A stretch of 64,000 bases of DNA from Hormiphora californensis (GCA_020137815.1 CM035357.1:8216345-8280344); one strand, 5' to 3'; counted from the stretch's first letter, positions 52,713 to 64,000 are shown. Notes: generated from the sequence alone by a model not told the origin. A program made the numbers and translations.

Positions 52713-52919
52713 CCCGCCGATTCATCACGATGCGAAATGAGGCCATAATTGACCTTTGGGTAGTGCTAGGTCAGCTAAAAAGGTCTCCAAAAACGGTCTA
52801 TCACGCGCAATCTGCTGAAAACGTGCTTTATATCGCGATATATCGCGCGCACGTGAGTTCTTGCTCTCAACGGACCGGGATTCTATTATTCGCGGAGCGA
52901 GAATAGGATGCGATGGATC

Positions 52920-54310
52920 CAACTCCTGAAACTCTTTGATCTGCTTATACTCCCGGTAGCCTCCTACTGCAGCCAGGTCTGGCTACCTATTGTTGCATGG
53001 TCAAAACTCAACAGATCAATTTCTCCCGACTTGAAGGCCCTTGCTTCTGACCCCCTCGGAAGACTGCATCTGACGTTCCTCAAGATCGCATTAGGTGTCT
53101 CCAGAAAATCTCTGAACACTGTGGTTTGGGGGACACAGGTCGTGTGCCCCTTGCTTTCTCACTGAAACCATGAGTCCTGAGGTACTTCAGACGTGTCTCA
53201 AAGATGTCTGAAGACCACCCCACAGATCCCGATGCTGATGGTAGTACCCCACTCCTCGTCTACACCTTCCGTGAACAGGCACAGCTTGGACTGGTTTGGT
53301 ACACAAGTATCACCGACTTTGTGTCCACACACTCTCACGAAACCTTCCTGAACAGCTGGGAGGCAGCCCGAACCGTCAACAGGAAGCTGTCTTTCTACAA
53401 CAACGTGAAAATCACCTTCGAATCTGAACCATTCCTTTCTCTGGAGAGAATCCTGGCGAAGAGGCTGGCACAGATCAGGTCAGCCTCCCACCCCCTCAAC
53501 ATCGAGCGAGGTCGCTTCGAAAAGTTTCGTAGGGGTGGATTCTCCATGGAGAGGGAAAGGCTGTGTCCCTCATGTAACACACACAATCTGGAAGTTCTTG
53601 AATCCATGAAGGAGCTGCCACACTTCAACCCCATTATCGAAGACGAGACTCACTTCCTTCTAGATTGCCCCCTGTATGGAGATTTGAGATCCCGCCTGCT
53701 CCAAGAATCCTCTCCAAAACTAACGGTAGTTCGTCTCAGAGGTCTTTTCAAACCTTCCCAAAGCAACACCACCGGAACTGCAGACCCGTTCCACCGAACT
53801 GCCATCTTCGTTGACAAAGCACTGTCGAAACGCCTTGAGTTTATAAAAGTCCAGGGTCGCTAGCGCCTAAGAAAAACCCCACGGACTCTACTAGTTTTTT
53901 AAATTCTATTTTTTAAAACTACATATTTATTGTGTTTTTACCAAGCATTCCTATAGTGTGTGTGTTCGAGAGTTTGTACCCTCTTACCCCGGTTACTTAC
54001 TTGTCATTTTTCATCTTTCTAATTTATTAATCGTTCAAGCCTTTTATCTCTTTCCCCTGTTCCTCCCCAGTGTGTCTCTGAGTTGCCTCTGTTGGTTTGT
54101 TGCCGCTTTTAATTTATGCCTTCATTTATTTATTTTTATCTCCTCTCTCCTTTTTTCCTATTTGTTTTTTTATAACCCCTTTGTATCGTGTGTCCTAGAA
54201 TAGAATTTTACTAAGTATCTTTTAGACACTCTCCTTAGTTTCATCTGACAATACAAATGGTATTCTTGATGTATTTATGTTTAAATTCCTTGTTTGAATT
54301 CCTTGTTTAA
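52920..54310 (+). mobile_element. 3' part of an RTE-X/L2-like LINE related to 2870-8131
   Basis: LKLFDLLILPVASYCSQVWLP and IRSASHPLNIERGR..CPSC..EDETHFLLDC; aattccttgttt tail repeats. Confidence 0.88.
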
Positions 54311-54346
54311 CCATCCCACGCATCGAATCTAGCTTGTCCATATGAC

Positions 54347-56190
54347 GTGACCAATCTATCCAGTGAGGAGCAATATCTCGAGAAAGTGAACGACCACATC
54401 TCCTCTGCTGGAGCCTACGAGCTGCTACCGTCTAATCCTACCTCCTCTCTACACCGCCGACTGGATGCTCTCCTGAAGGATCTACAGACCCGGAAGCTAC
54501 TCTCTGAGCTCTCCACTCCTTCCTATCCTCCCTTCTCAAACCCTTGGCTGCTTCCTCCCTCCGTCTCAAGGACTCTACAGACCTAGTCAACCGCCTCCGC
54601 TCCAGCCAATCTCCCTCTTTTCCCTACTACTTCTCTCTGGATGTGGTCTCCTTGTACACAAACTGTGACATGAGGGCTGCAGTGGACTCCACTATCAGAT
54701 GTCTTGAGGAAACTCCTGATATCCTTCCTACTCCCCTCACTCCCTCTACTATCCGCTCTCTCTTGGACTTCTGCCTCGACAACGCCTACTTCGAGTTCAA
54801 CGGAAACTTCTACGCTCAACGTACCGGAGGAGCGATGGGTTCTCCCCTCACCGTTATCCTGGCTGAGATTCGTGTTACGGAACAGGAACAACACGCTCTC
54901 AAGTCCTTCTCCGACCCACTGGGATCTTGGAACCACTTCGTTGACGACGCCATAGGAGCTGCCAGGGACTATGATCACGCCGAATCTTTCTTCTCCTACA
55001 TCAACTCCCTTGCTCCAGATCTCAAGTACACCATCGAGCACCCTAAGGATGGACTTCTCCCCTATCTTGACGTCCTTCTCCATCCCGACCTCTCTACCTC
55101 TGTCTACCGGAAACCTACACATACCAACCTCTATCTCAAGTACAACTCCTCTACTCCTGCCTCTACACGCCGCTCTGTTATCCAATCCTTAACCCGTCGG
55201 GCCTACAACATCTGTTCTCCCCAACATCTTGAAGAGGAACTCGACACAGTCTACAACATCTGTCTCTGCAATGGATTTCCTCCCTACGAGATCTCCACTC
55301 TGATGTCTACTGTTCGGGACCGCCTTCTACACCCCAAACCGTCAAAATCCCGTCCTCCTTCTTCCTTCGTCCACCGTGTAGTCCTACCCTATCACCCGGA
55401 CCTCTCCTCTCGACTCAAACGGACCCTCAACCGCTACAACATAGACGTCACCTTCTCTTCCTCTTCTACCCTACGGAACATCCTCACCCAGACCAAATCT
55501 TCGCCTCCTTCTGATAGTACTCCCAACTCCATCTACTCCATTCCCTGCCGCGACTGCCCATCTTTCTACGTTGGCCAGACCAAGCGACCAGTGAAAACCC
55601 GGATTAAGGAACACGAATCAAACTTCTACAACAACTCTCTCTACAACACCGATGGGAAGATGAAATCCGCTCCTGCTATCCACGCTCGGGAATCTGGACA
55701 CACCATGGACTGGAATTCTACCTCTATCCTCTCCTCTTCTTCCTCCTGCCTCAGTCTAAATCTACTGGAACAAGCTGCTATTCACACTCTTCAACCGGCT
55801 ATTAACCGAACAGATAAAGTTCCTACTGTCAACCTCCAATGGACTCACCTTCTCCCCAGGATTGCTAACTCCTTCAAACCCCGTCCTGCTGGCATCTCCA
55901 TCAAACCTAGATCTCCCAAACCTGTTTCCTAATTCTCTTCAGCTCGGATCACTTCTTCTCCCTTCCCGTGGATCACCTCCCCCATCCCCTCCTCTCGGAT
56001 CGCATCTTCCTTCTCGGATCTCATCCCTTCCTCTCTCTCCTCCCCTCCCCGGATCCCATATCCTCTTCTCCACTACATAAACACTTTCATTTTCATTGTT
56101 GTTATAGCTGAAGACGTCTGACATAGATCAGTCGAAAGCTCCTGTTCTTAATTGAATATTAGTACTGCAAAATCGTTGTTTCTCTTTAAC
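54347..56190 (+). mobile_element. 5'-truncated Penelope-like element: RT plus GIY-YIG endonuclease
   Basis: ORF 54544-55932: SLDVVSLYTN, GGAMGSPL, FVDD, YLDV, VYRKPTHT, then SIYSIPC..C..FYVGQTKR..R.KEH. Confidence 0.95.
56104..56145 (+). ncRNA. Minimal type I hammerhead-ribozyme-like motif in the Penelope 3' repeat
   Basis: atag-CTGAAGA-c-gtctga(cataga)tcagtc-GAAA-gc-TC-ctgt: conserved core, stem II with one mismatch, palindromic AGCT in place of stem III, 4-bp stem I. Confidence 0.65.
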
Positions 56191-56720
56191 TATCCAGTGA
56201 GATAAAGATATGATATAACACCAGCAAAAGATTTAATCTCCTTCTCAGCAGTAGACTGCACGGCAATGATCTCACCGTCTCTCTTCTCCAACAGTTCACA
56301 ATGTAGCTTAACTAAGTGGTCCTGTGCCTCAACCAACAAGCGCTGTGCGGTGATTAGCTCCTTTTGGCAATTGATGATTCTCCTCTCACACTCCTCAGTT
56401 TCAATAGACAACTTATCAATCGCCGGGTAACACCGCTCAACCAGCAAGCGACATGCCTTCTCTGCAAACTCAGCAGGTTCAGGTTTTCCCACTCCCTTGA
56501 TCTTACTCTTACTAGGACACTTCAGATTGTCCCAGAAACAGGAAGCTGAACTATCAGATCATTTCTTGGGGAAAGAATCTGCTTCCTTCACATGAACTAA
56601 CATTTCTTGCACTAGGTCCACAACTTCACTCTGTACCTCAAGGTATACCCCCTTTTTCACTGTTCACTCTGAGTCGGTTAAGAAAACCGTTAGAAGCAGT
56701 ACTACCACTCACGACAGGTG
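56190..56720 (-). mobile_element. Possible LINE ORF1 coiled-coil fragment
   Basis: Heptad-like LLVEAQDHLVKLHCELLEKRDGEIIAVQSTAEKEIKSF; no diagnostic motif. Confidence 0.4.
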
Positions 56721-56819
56721 ACCACAGGGTGTCACAATTGGATTTGGAGAGATGCTTGCAAACTTTACTGATAAGGGAGGTCACAAAAACGATACAAAAG
56801 CTGCAACGAGATACGTATT

Positions 56820-57040
56820 TTAAACAATTTTTATACCATCTGAAAGCTAATATTGTTAGCTTTCAGATAGTTTTTCAAATCTGAAATTGGCCAACTTAAA
56901 CTGGATCTAGAGCCTTTTTAGTGGTAACGGGCAAGCTCGAACGAGCAGTTTTCTTCTGAAGATAGGATGACGTCATTATGATGGCTTAACTAGGTGAGAG
57001 ACGGGCAGCACATGGTTCGAATTGCCCCGGTTTACCCTAC
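56820..57040 (-). mobile_element. Terminal arm of the 21940 family, inverted
   Basis: ...gttcgaattgccccggtttaccctac is the reverse complement of 21940-22150. Confidence 0.85.
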
Positions 57041-57065
57041 CCCTTTAATAATAGAGACTTCCCAG

Positions 57066-57150
57066 GTATACAGAGAGACATGTCAAGACACGGCACTGCA
57101 AGCAGCTTTTCCTTCGTGGAGACAATGTAGTCTTGGTCAAGCTAGGATAA
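57066..57150 (+). CDS. LSM11: LSm11-like last coding exon D (Sm2 motif and stop)
   Basis: Acceptor cttcccag. Translates YTERHVKTRHCKQLFLRGDNVVLVKLG*, which contains the LSm11-type Sm2 motif RH..Q.F.RG.NV.LV. Not in the ORF track. Confidence 0.88.
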
Positions 57151-57317
57151 CAGGAAAATGATCATAAAAATATGACAGTGTTCCTGAATATGATAGTGTT
57201 CCTGAATAGTGTTCCTGATAGTTTTCCTGAACCTCGTTTCCTCGCCCACACTACGGAGTACTGCACGGAGCATTGCGGTACTAATTTGTCAATGGGGACA
57301 TATATTAGAGGATAGAA

Positions 57318-57318
<1 letters not shown>

Positions 57319-57414
<96 letters not shown>

Positions 57415-57860
57415 GAGCGAAGCGAGAGAGAGTAGAGAGAGAGAGCGAGAGCTAGAGATAGATCGATCTTCTTCTCTCTCCTTGCTCTCTTCTCTCTCTC
57501 TTCTCTCTTCTCTCGCTCTCTCTCCCTCTCTCTCTCTCCTTCTCTCCCTCTCTTCCTCCCTCGTCCTCTTTCCTCTGCTCGCACTCTCTCTCCTAACACT
57601 CTCTGCTTCTTCTTTCTTCCTCGATATCGCTGAGCATCTCGTGACGTCGTGATCTTCTCTCATCTATCTCGTCTCCTCTTCTCTATCGCGTTGGTCTCTC
57701 TCCTCTCTCTTCCTCTCTACTCTCTCTCTCTCTTCTCTCTCTTCGCCTCTCTCATTACGTCTTCTCTCATCTGGCTCTCTCTCTCTCTCTCCTTCTCTCT
57801 CTCTCCTTCCTCTTCTCTTTTCTCTCTCTCTTCTCCTCTCGTGCTCTCTTTCCCTTCATA
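57319..57860. repeat. (GA)n followed by degenerate (CT)n tract
   Basis: Direct reading. Confidence 0.92.
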
Positions 57861-57925
57861 CCTTTTTCTTTTTTCCAATTTGTTCTTTCTTATTTCATTC
57901 CTTTCTATTTATTAAGCGTGCTTTC

Positions 57926-57931
57926 AATAAA
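57926..57931 (+). promoter_or_regulatory. Candidate polyadenylation signal of the LSm11-like gene
   Basis: AATAAA about 780 nt after the stop, followed by T-rich sequence (cttttcttttgtcc). Confidence 0.3.
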
Positions 57932-58464
57932 CTTTTCTTTTGTCCAAAATGTAAGAGTTCTTATCCTATTTAGGTAGTCATTTAATTTCTTTTGTCTCAT
58001 TGAGCAACTTAGCTGTTCATGCTCATGAGGCGTTAAAAGAGCGCTCATACTAAAACACCGAAAAACGTCTCATGAGCGCTCATGATAAACTCATGATACA
58101 CTAGCATGACACACTCATGATACACTTATGAGCGCTCGTGAGACAAACAGACACGTTCTTCCGACTTACTCTGTCAGCCACAAGGTCTGGTGTTCGAAAC
58201 CACACGCGAACCCCAAAGTGTGACGCACGTAACTAGAAGGTGTCTAGGTGCCATTAGATGCCCATAAAAGGCCTCCTTCCTGTGAGTCTCTTGAGTGCAA
58301 TTAAAGTGAGTGGACAGAATCAGAATTGGACAAGTTTGTTGGAGGTAGTAGAGATTATTTCTATGAGCATTTTACGCTCAAAATCGACCGACCATCACTG
58401 AGATATTTTTGTTACTATCGGGGAATTCCTGCTGTATCAGTATTTATCAAACAGGATAGAAACA

Positions 58465-61130
58465 ATCCTTGTACTTCCCTGTCCTTCTCTGTCATTCACT
58501 ATCATTCCCTGTCCTTCACTGTCCTTCCCTGTGCTTCCATGTCCTTCACTGTCCTCCCCTAATCCTGCCCTGTCCTTCCCCGTCCTTTTTGTCCTTCCTT
58601 ATCTTTCCCTGTCCTTCTCAGTCCTAAACTGTCCTTCCTTGTCCTTTCCTGTTTTTCACTGTCCTTTACTGTACTTCCCTGTCCTTTGCTTTCCTTCCCT
58701 CTCCTTCACTGCCCTTTCCTGTCCTTCCCTCTCCTTCCCTGTCCTTCCCTATCCTTTCCTGTCCTTCCCTGTTATTTTCTGTCCTTCTCAATCCTTCCCT
58801 GTCCCTCCCTGTTATTCCCTGAACTTCCTTGTACTTCCCTGTCATTATCTGTCCTTTACTGTCATGCCATTTCCTTCCCTATTCTTCCCTATCATTCCCT
58901 GTCCTTCCCTGTCTTTCCCTTTTCCTCCCTGTTATTCCTTTTACTTTGAAGTATTTTTTGTCCTTCCCTGTCCTTCCCTATCCTTCCCTGTCCATCCCTG
59001 TTATTCCCTGTACTTCCCTGTCCTTCTCTGTCCTTCACTGTCCTTCTCTGTCCTTCCCTATCCTTCCCTGTCCTTCACTCTTTTCCTGTTCTTCTTCGTC
59101 CTTCACTGTCTTTCCCTATCCTTCCTTATCCTTCCCTGTCGTTCCCTGGCCTTTTTTCTCCTTCGCTGTCTTTTCCTGTCCTACTCTGTCCTTCTATATT
59201 CTTCCCTATCGTTCTCTGTCCTTCCCTATCATGACCTGTCCTTCCCTATCCTTTCCTGTCCTTCCCTGTCTCTCCCTGTCCTTCACTATCCTTCCCTGCA
59301 CTTCCCTTTCTTTCACTGTCCTTTACTGTCCTTGCATGTTATATTTCCCTGTTAATAACTGTCATTCGCTGTCCTTCCCAGTTATTTTCTGTCCTTCCCT
59401 TCCCTCCCTGTTATTCCCCGAACTTCCTTGTACTTCCCAGTCATTATCTGTCCTTTACTGTCCTTATCTGTCCTTCTCTGTCTTTCCCTATCTTTCCCTG
59501 TCCTTCCCTGTCCTTCCCTGTCCTTCCCTGTCCTTGCTTGTCTTTCCCTGTCCTTCCTTGTCCTTCACTGTCCTTCCCTATCCTTGTCCTTGCCTCTCCT
59601 TCACTGTCCTTCACTGTCTTGTCCTGTTCTTCCTCGTCCTTCAATGTTTTTCCCTGTCTTTCCCTATCCTTTTAGCTGTCCCTGCCTGTTATTCTCTGTA
59701 TTTCCCTGTCCTTTACTGTCCTTCCCTGTCCTTCACTGTCTTTTCCTGTTCTTCCCTGTCCTTCACTGTCTTTTCCTGTTCTTCTTTGTCCTTCACTGTC
59801 CTTCCCTATCCTTCCTTATCCTTCCCTGTCGTTCCCTGGCCTTTTTTCTCCTTCGCTGTCTTTTCCTGTCCTACTCTGTCCTTCTATATTCTTCCCTATC
59901 GTTCTCTGTCCTTCCCTATCATGACCTGTCCTTCCCTATCCTTTCCTGTCCTTCCCTGTCTCTCCCTGTCCTTCACTATCCTTCCCTGCACTTCCCTTTC
60001 TTTCACTGTCCTTTACTGTCCTTGCATGTTATATTTCCCTGTTAATAACTGTCATTCGCTGTCCTTCCCAGTTATTTTCTGTCCTTCCCTTCCCTCCCTG
60101 TTATTCCCCGAACTTCCTTGTACTTCCCAGTCATTATCTGTCCTTTACTGTCCTTATCTGTCCTTCTCTGTCTTTCCCTATCTTTCCCTGTCCTTACCTG
60201 TCCTTCCCTGTCCTTGCTTGTCTTTCCCTGTCCTTCCTTGTCCTTCAATGTCCTTCCCTATCCTTGTCCTTGCCTGTCCTTCACTGTCCTTCACTGTCTT
60301 GTCCTGTTCTTCCTCGTCCTTCAATGTTTTTCCCTGTCTTTCCCTATCCTTTTAGCTGTCCCTGCCTGTTATTCTCTGTATTTCCCTGTCCTTTACTGTC
60401 CTTCACTGTCTTTTCCTGTTCTTCCTCATCCTTCACTGTCCTTCCCTGTCCTCCCCTATCCTTCCCTGTCCTTCCTTATTTTTCCCTGTCCTTCCTTATT
60501 TTTCCCTGTCCTTCTATATTCTTCATTATCGTTCTCTGTCCTTCCCTATCATTCCCTGTCCTTACCTTTCCCTCCCAGGGCTGGCTCCAGGGGGGTGATG
60601 CGGGGGGTGCACACCCCCCCCCCCCAAAATTCTTGGCAGCTAAGCTGCCAAGACTGTCTGAGACCATTTGCATTGGGAAACCACCCCAAAAATACAAAAT
60701 ATTCAGTAAAATTTTTGACTGATCACAACCGAATTTAAATCACCTAGTGAACATCACTGAGTGAGAGAGAGAGAGAGCATTGTAGCATTCAAAAATCTAG
60801 AAAGTAGACGTCACAAATGATTAAAAACCCTAAAATTTGCTTGATTTAGTTAAAAAATTCCCCCCCCCCCTGGGCGGAGCTCCCTACGCACGGAGCTCCC
60901 TGGGCGGAGCTCCCTACGCGCTCCGGTCGCAAATGCTACTATTAGGGAACAGGGGCATTCGGCCACTGCACCCCCCCAGAAATATCGGGCTGGAGCCAGC
61001 CCTGTTCCCTCCCTGTTATCTCCTGTACTTCCCTATCCTTTTTTGTCCTTCAATGTCTATCCTTCCCTATGTCAATGTCTATCCTTCCCTATCCTTCCCT
61101 ATCCTTCCCTGTTCTTCCCTGTCCTTCCCA
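58465..61130. repeat. Pyrimidine-rich degenerate 10-bp minisatellite (CCTTCCCTGT)n with a 690-bp higher-order duplication
   Basis: Direct reading; identical pseudo-ORF starts at 59428 and 60118. Confidence 0.92.
60576..61004 (+). mobile_element. hAT-type MITE, copy 2
   Basis: TIR CAGGGCTGGCTCCAG; 8-bp TSD TTCCCTCC; nearly identical to 29260-29692. Confidence 0.95.
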
Positions 61131-61134
61131 ATCC

Positions 61135-61409
61135 GGCAGGTCGGTAGAACTTCGACAGAATTTAGGGCAGGTCTGAATTTAGGGCAGGTCGAGTCTGAAT
61201 TTAGGGAAGGTCTGAATTTAGGGCAGGTCTGAATTTAGGGAAGGTCTGAATTTAGGGCAGGTATGAATACTAAGCATGTGAATGTGATTCGGCGAAGCTT
61301 ATTAGCGGTGTGAGACGATACGAGATATGGAACATGATTCGGGGAAGCCAATCAGGAGTGTTAGACGATATGAGACACGATTCAGTGAAGGTTTCTATCG
61401 CTTTCCATC
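61135..61409 (+). mobile_element. Solo left arm of the GGCAGGTCGG foldback
   Basis: Matches 31738-32065. Confidence 0.85.
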
Positions 61410-61729
61410 ACAAGACATCACAAGACATCACAAGACATCACAAGACATCACAAGACATCACAAGACACCAAAAGACATCACAAGACATCACAAGACATCA
61501 CAAGACATCACTAGACATCAAAAGACATCACAAGACATCACAAGACATCACAAGACATCACAAGACATCACACGACATCACAAGACATCAAAAGACATCA
61601 CAAGACATCACAAGACATCACAAGACAACACAAGACATCACAAGACATCACAAGACATCACAAGACATCACAAGACATCACAAGACATCAAAAGACATCA
61701 CAAGACATCACAAGACATCACAAGACATC
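61406..61729. repeat. 10-bp minisatellite (CACAAGACAT)n, about 32 copies
   Basis: Direct reading. Confidence 0.95.
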
Positions 61730-61758
61730 GATCCTCAATCATCCAGTAAAGAAGTATA

Positions 61759-62511
61759 GGGTAAGATGGGGTAAAATGGCCCGTGGGGTAAAGTGGCCCA
61801 TGTATGGGGCAAAGTGGCCCTAGTTATTACCTGTGGTCACGTGACTTTTTCTCCAGCGGAGACCTGCTCGTTCTGTTCCGAATTTTCGCTTTAAAACTGC
61901 TGTCATTTCTGTTTGGGTTGGCCGACTTTAATTTTGCAAAAACTGCCAGTTAGGCTTTATAATTCTCTAAAACGTGGTATAAAAATTTTTGAAGAAATTG
62001 GCATTTTTGTTGTCTTAATTGTCAATTTTGTGAAATCGGGGCAAATATGGCCCACTCTCCGGGGCAAAGTGGTCCGGTCTGGGGCAAAGTGGCCCACCTC
62101 TAGGACCAATGAAATGGCGCCTGCAATACCACGTGACATTGGAATGCACAAAAATGTAGTACAGACGATCAAATTAGGGGCAAAGTGGCCCATGTTCCGG
62201 TGCAGAACATGGGCCACTTTGCCCCTAGTTTGATCGTTTCGTCTAACAACACCAGGCACGTGATAAAATCGAGCAATGCTATTGGCTTGGGCCACTTTGC
62301 CCCGGTGCAAATTTTCCAAAAAACGCCTCACCAAATTATTTGAATTGATTAATTAACCCATTAAATAAAACTTGTAGATTTTAAAATTTAGCTCGGCTGA
62401 AAGGAAAAGGTTTCATTGGATAGCCTATATAATTTTTTTCTTCCTGCTGTATAAATTGCGTATTTTAGAACCTAAAACGTTAAAAATGGGCCATTTTACC
62501 CCAGCTTACCC
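61759..62511. mobile_element. Complete GGGTAAG MITE, TA TSD
   Basis: TA|GGGTAAGATGGGG...CCCCAGCTTACCC|TA; inverted copy of 37084-38126. Confidence 0.92.
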
Positions 62512-62684
62512 TAACAGTAGAGCAGGGACATTTCAGGAGCTGTAGTAGAGATCCTCTCTGTAACTGGTCCGAGTGGGAACTGCCCTCAATGGAAAATTCA
62601 GCTTTTTTCGTCGGAATTAAGCCTGTCAAAACGTGTTTCAACCTAGAACTCACTAGAGGCAAGCCAATTCCGGTTGTACATCCT

Positions 62685-63883
62685 AGGTATAGGTCTCCTG
62701 AACATAAAAAACCAAAATGTCAGTCTCAATTATTTGGGGGAAGGTGTGTAATTAGCACCTAATTGATTGGTAATTGAGCACAAGGGGAAAAAAGCTGTAT
62801 CTACCCTTAGGAAAGGAGTAGAGACAAAATTAAGGGCACCAAAGTGTTCAGGGTCCTCGAATTAGTGGGGTAGGTGCCGGAATGAAGTCTCTATCTCTTC
62901 CGGTTAATTAGATAATTGGATAATTAGGTATGCGCATAGCCATTTGCTGGCCATATGGCTATAGCCATGTTAGGAAAGGAGTAGAGACAAAACCGAGGGC
63001 ACTAAAATGATCAGCGTCCTCGAATTAGTGGGGGTAGGTGCTTAAATTAAGTCTCTATATCATCCAGTTAATTAGATAATTGGATAATTAGTTTTGCGAA
63101 TAACCGTTTTTAGGCTATATGGCTATAGCCACTTAGGAATGGTTTAGAGACTTTTCATTGGTGGCATTTTGTAGGCAATAGCCAAGTTATGGGGGGTCGA
63201 CGTCGGACTTTTAAGCTCTATCTTCAACCGTTTAGCCGTTATTTGGCTTTAAAGGTGCTCAACATGAGCAAAAAAACGGTGAAAACCCCGATTTTTGCTC
63301 ATTTTCAGCACCTTAAAAGCCAAATAACGGCTAAACGGTTGAAGATAGAGCTTAAAAGTCCGACGTCGACCCCCCATAACTTGGCTATTGCCTACAAAAT
63401 GCCACCAATGAAAAGTCTCTAAACCATTCCTAAGTGGCTATAGCCATATAGCCTAAAAACGGTTATTCGCAAAACTAATTATCCAATTATCTAATTAACT
63501 GGATGATATAGAGACTTAATTTAAGCACCTACCCCCACTAATTCGAGGACGCTGATCATTTTAGTGCCCTCGGTTTTGTCTCTACTCCTTTCCTAACATG
63601 GCTATAGCCATATGGCCAGCAAATGGCTATGCGCATACCTAATTATCCAATTATCTAATTAACCGGAAGAGATAGAGACTTCATTCCGGCACCTACCCCC
63701 ACTAATTCGAGGACCCTGAACACTTTGGTGCCCTTAATTTTGTCTCTACTCCTTTCCTAAGGGTAGATACAGCTTTTTTCCCCCTTGTGCTCAATTACCA
63801 ATCAATTAGGGGCTAATTACACACCTTCCCCCAAATAATTGAGACTGACATTTTGGTTTTTTATGTTCAGGAGACCTATACCT
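62685..63883. mobile_element. ~1.2-kb near-perfect palindromic foldback element
   Basis: aggtataggtctcctgaac...gttcaggagacctatacct with a short central loop near 63285; TSD not resolved. Confidence 0.88.
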
Positions 63884-64000
63884 TTGGTATCGAAGACACC
63901 TCACACTCTGTTTAGGCATCTGCATCGCGGCCTTCGTTGCCTGTGGGGAGGAGGGACTCGTACACCTAAATAACGTTGGTTCTCGTGACACCCTGCGGCA

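Noticed and set aside
21940-57040. One 35-kb composite transposon bounded by the inverted GTAGGGTAAACC arms
   Set aside because: No matching TSD (TA on the left, CC on the right), and it would enclose a host exon; more likely two independent partial copies.
58531-60738. Long Pro/Ser/Leu/Cys-rich ORFs up to 508 aa
   Set aside because: Stop-poor reading frames of a pyrimidine minisatellite.

Overview
Eukaryotic (animal-type) repeat-dominated DNA with no prokaryotic features. One host gene can be supported: an LSm11-like U7 snRNP Sm protein on the + strand. Its C-terminal coding region (554 nt) lies in four short phase-compatible GT-AG exons (13698-13837, 20418-20640, 34706-34811, 57066-57150) spread over 43 kb; the N-terminal exon(s) were not found. 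Nearly all the rest is nested transposon debris: decayed LINEs (RTE-X/L2-like, RNase H-bearing, CRE-like RLE, RTE), a Penelope element with a minimal hammerhead-like motif, and a partly duplicated Gypsy pol. There are also head-to-tail trains of non-autonomous Helitron-like elements, a composite ~138-bp/~470-bp tandem array joined by variable (A)nCCAT linkers, and an unusually dense set of 0.9-2.0-kb foldback/long-TIR elements with TA, 8-bp or 9-bp target-site duplications. Most short ORFs in the supplied track are artefacts of repeats. All coordinates were read by eye and no alignments or searches were run.
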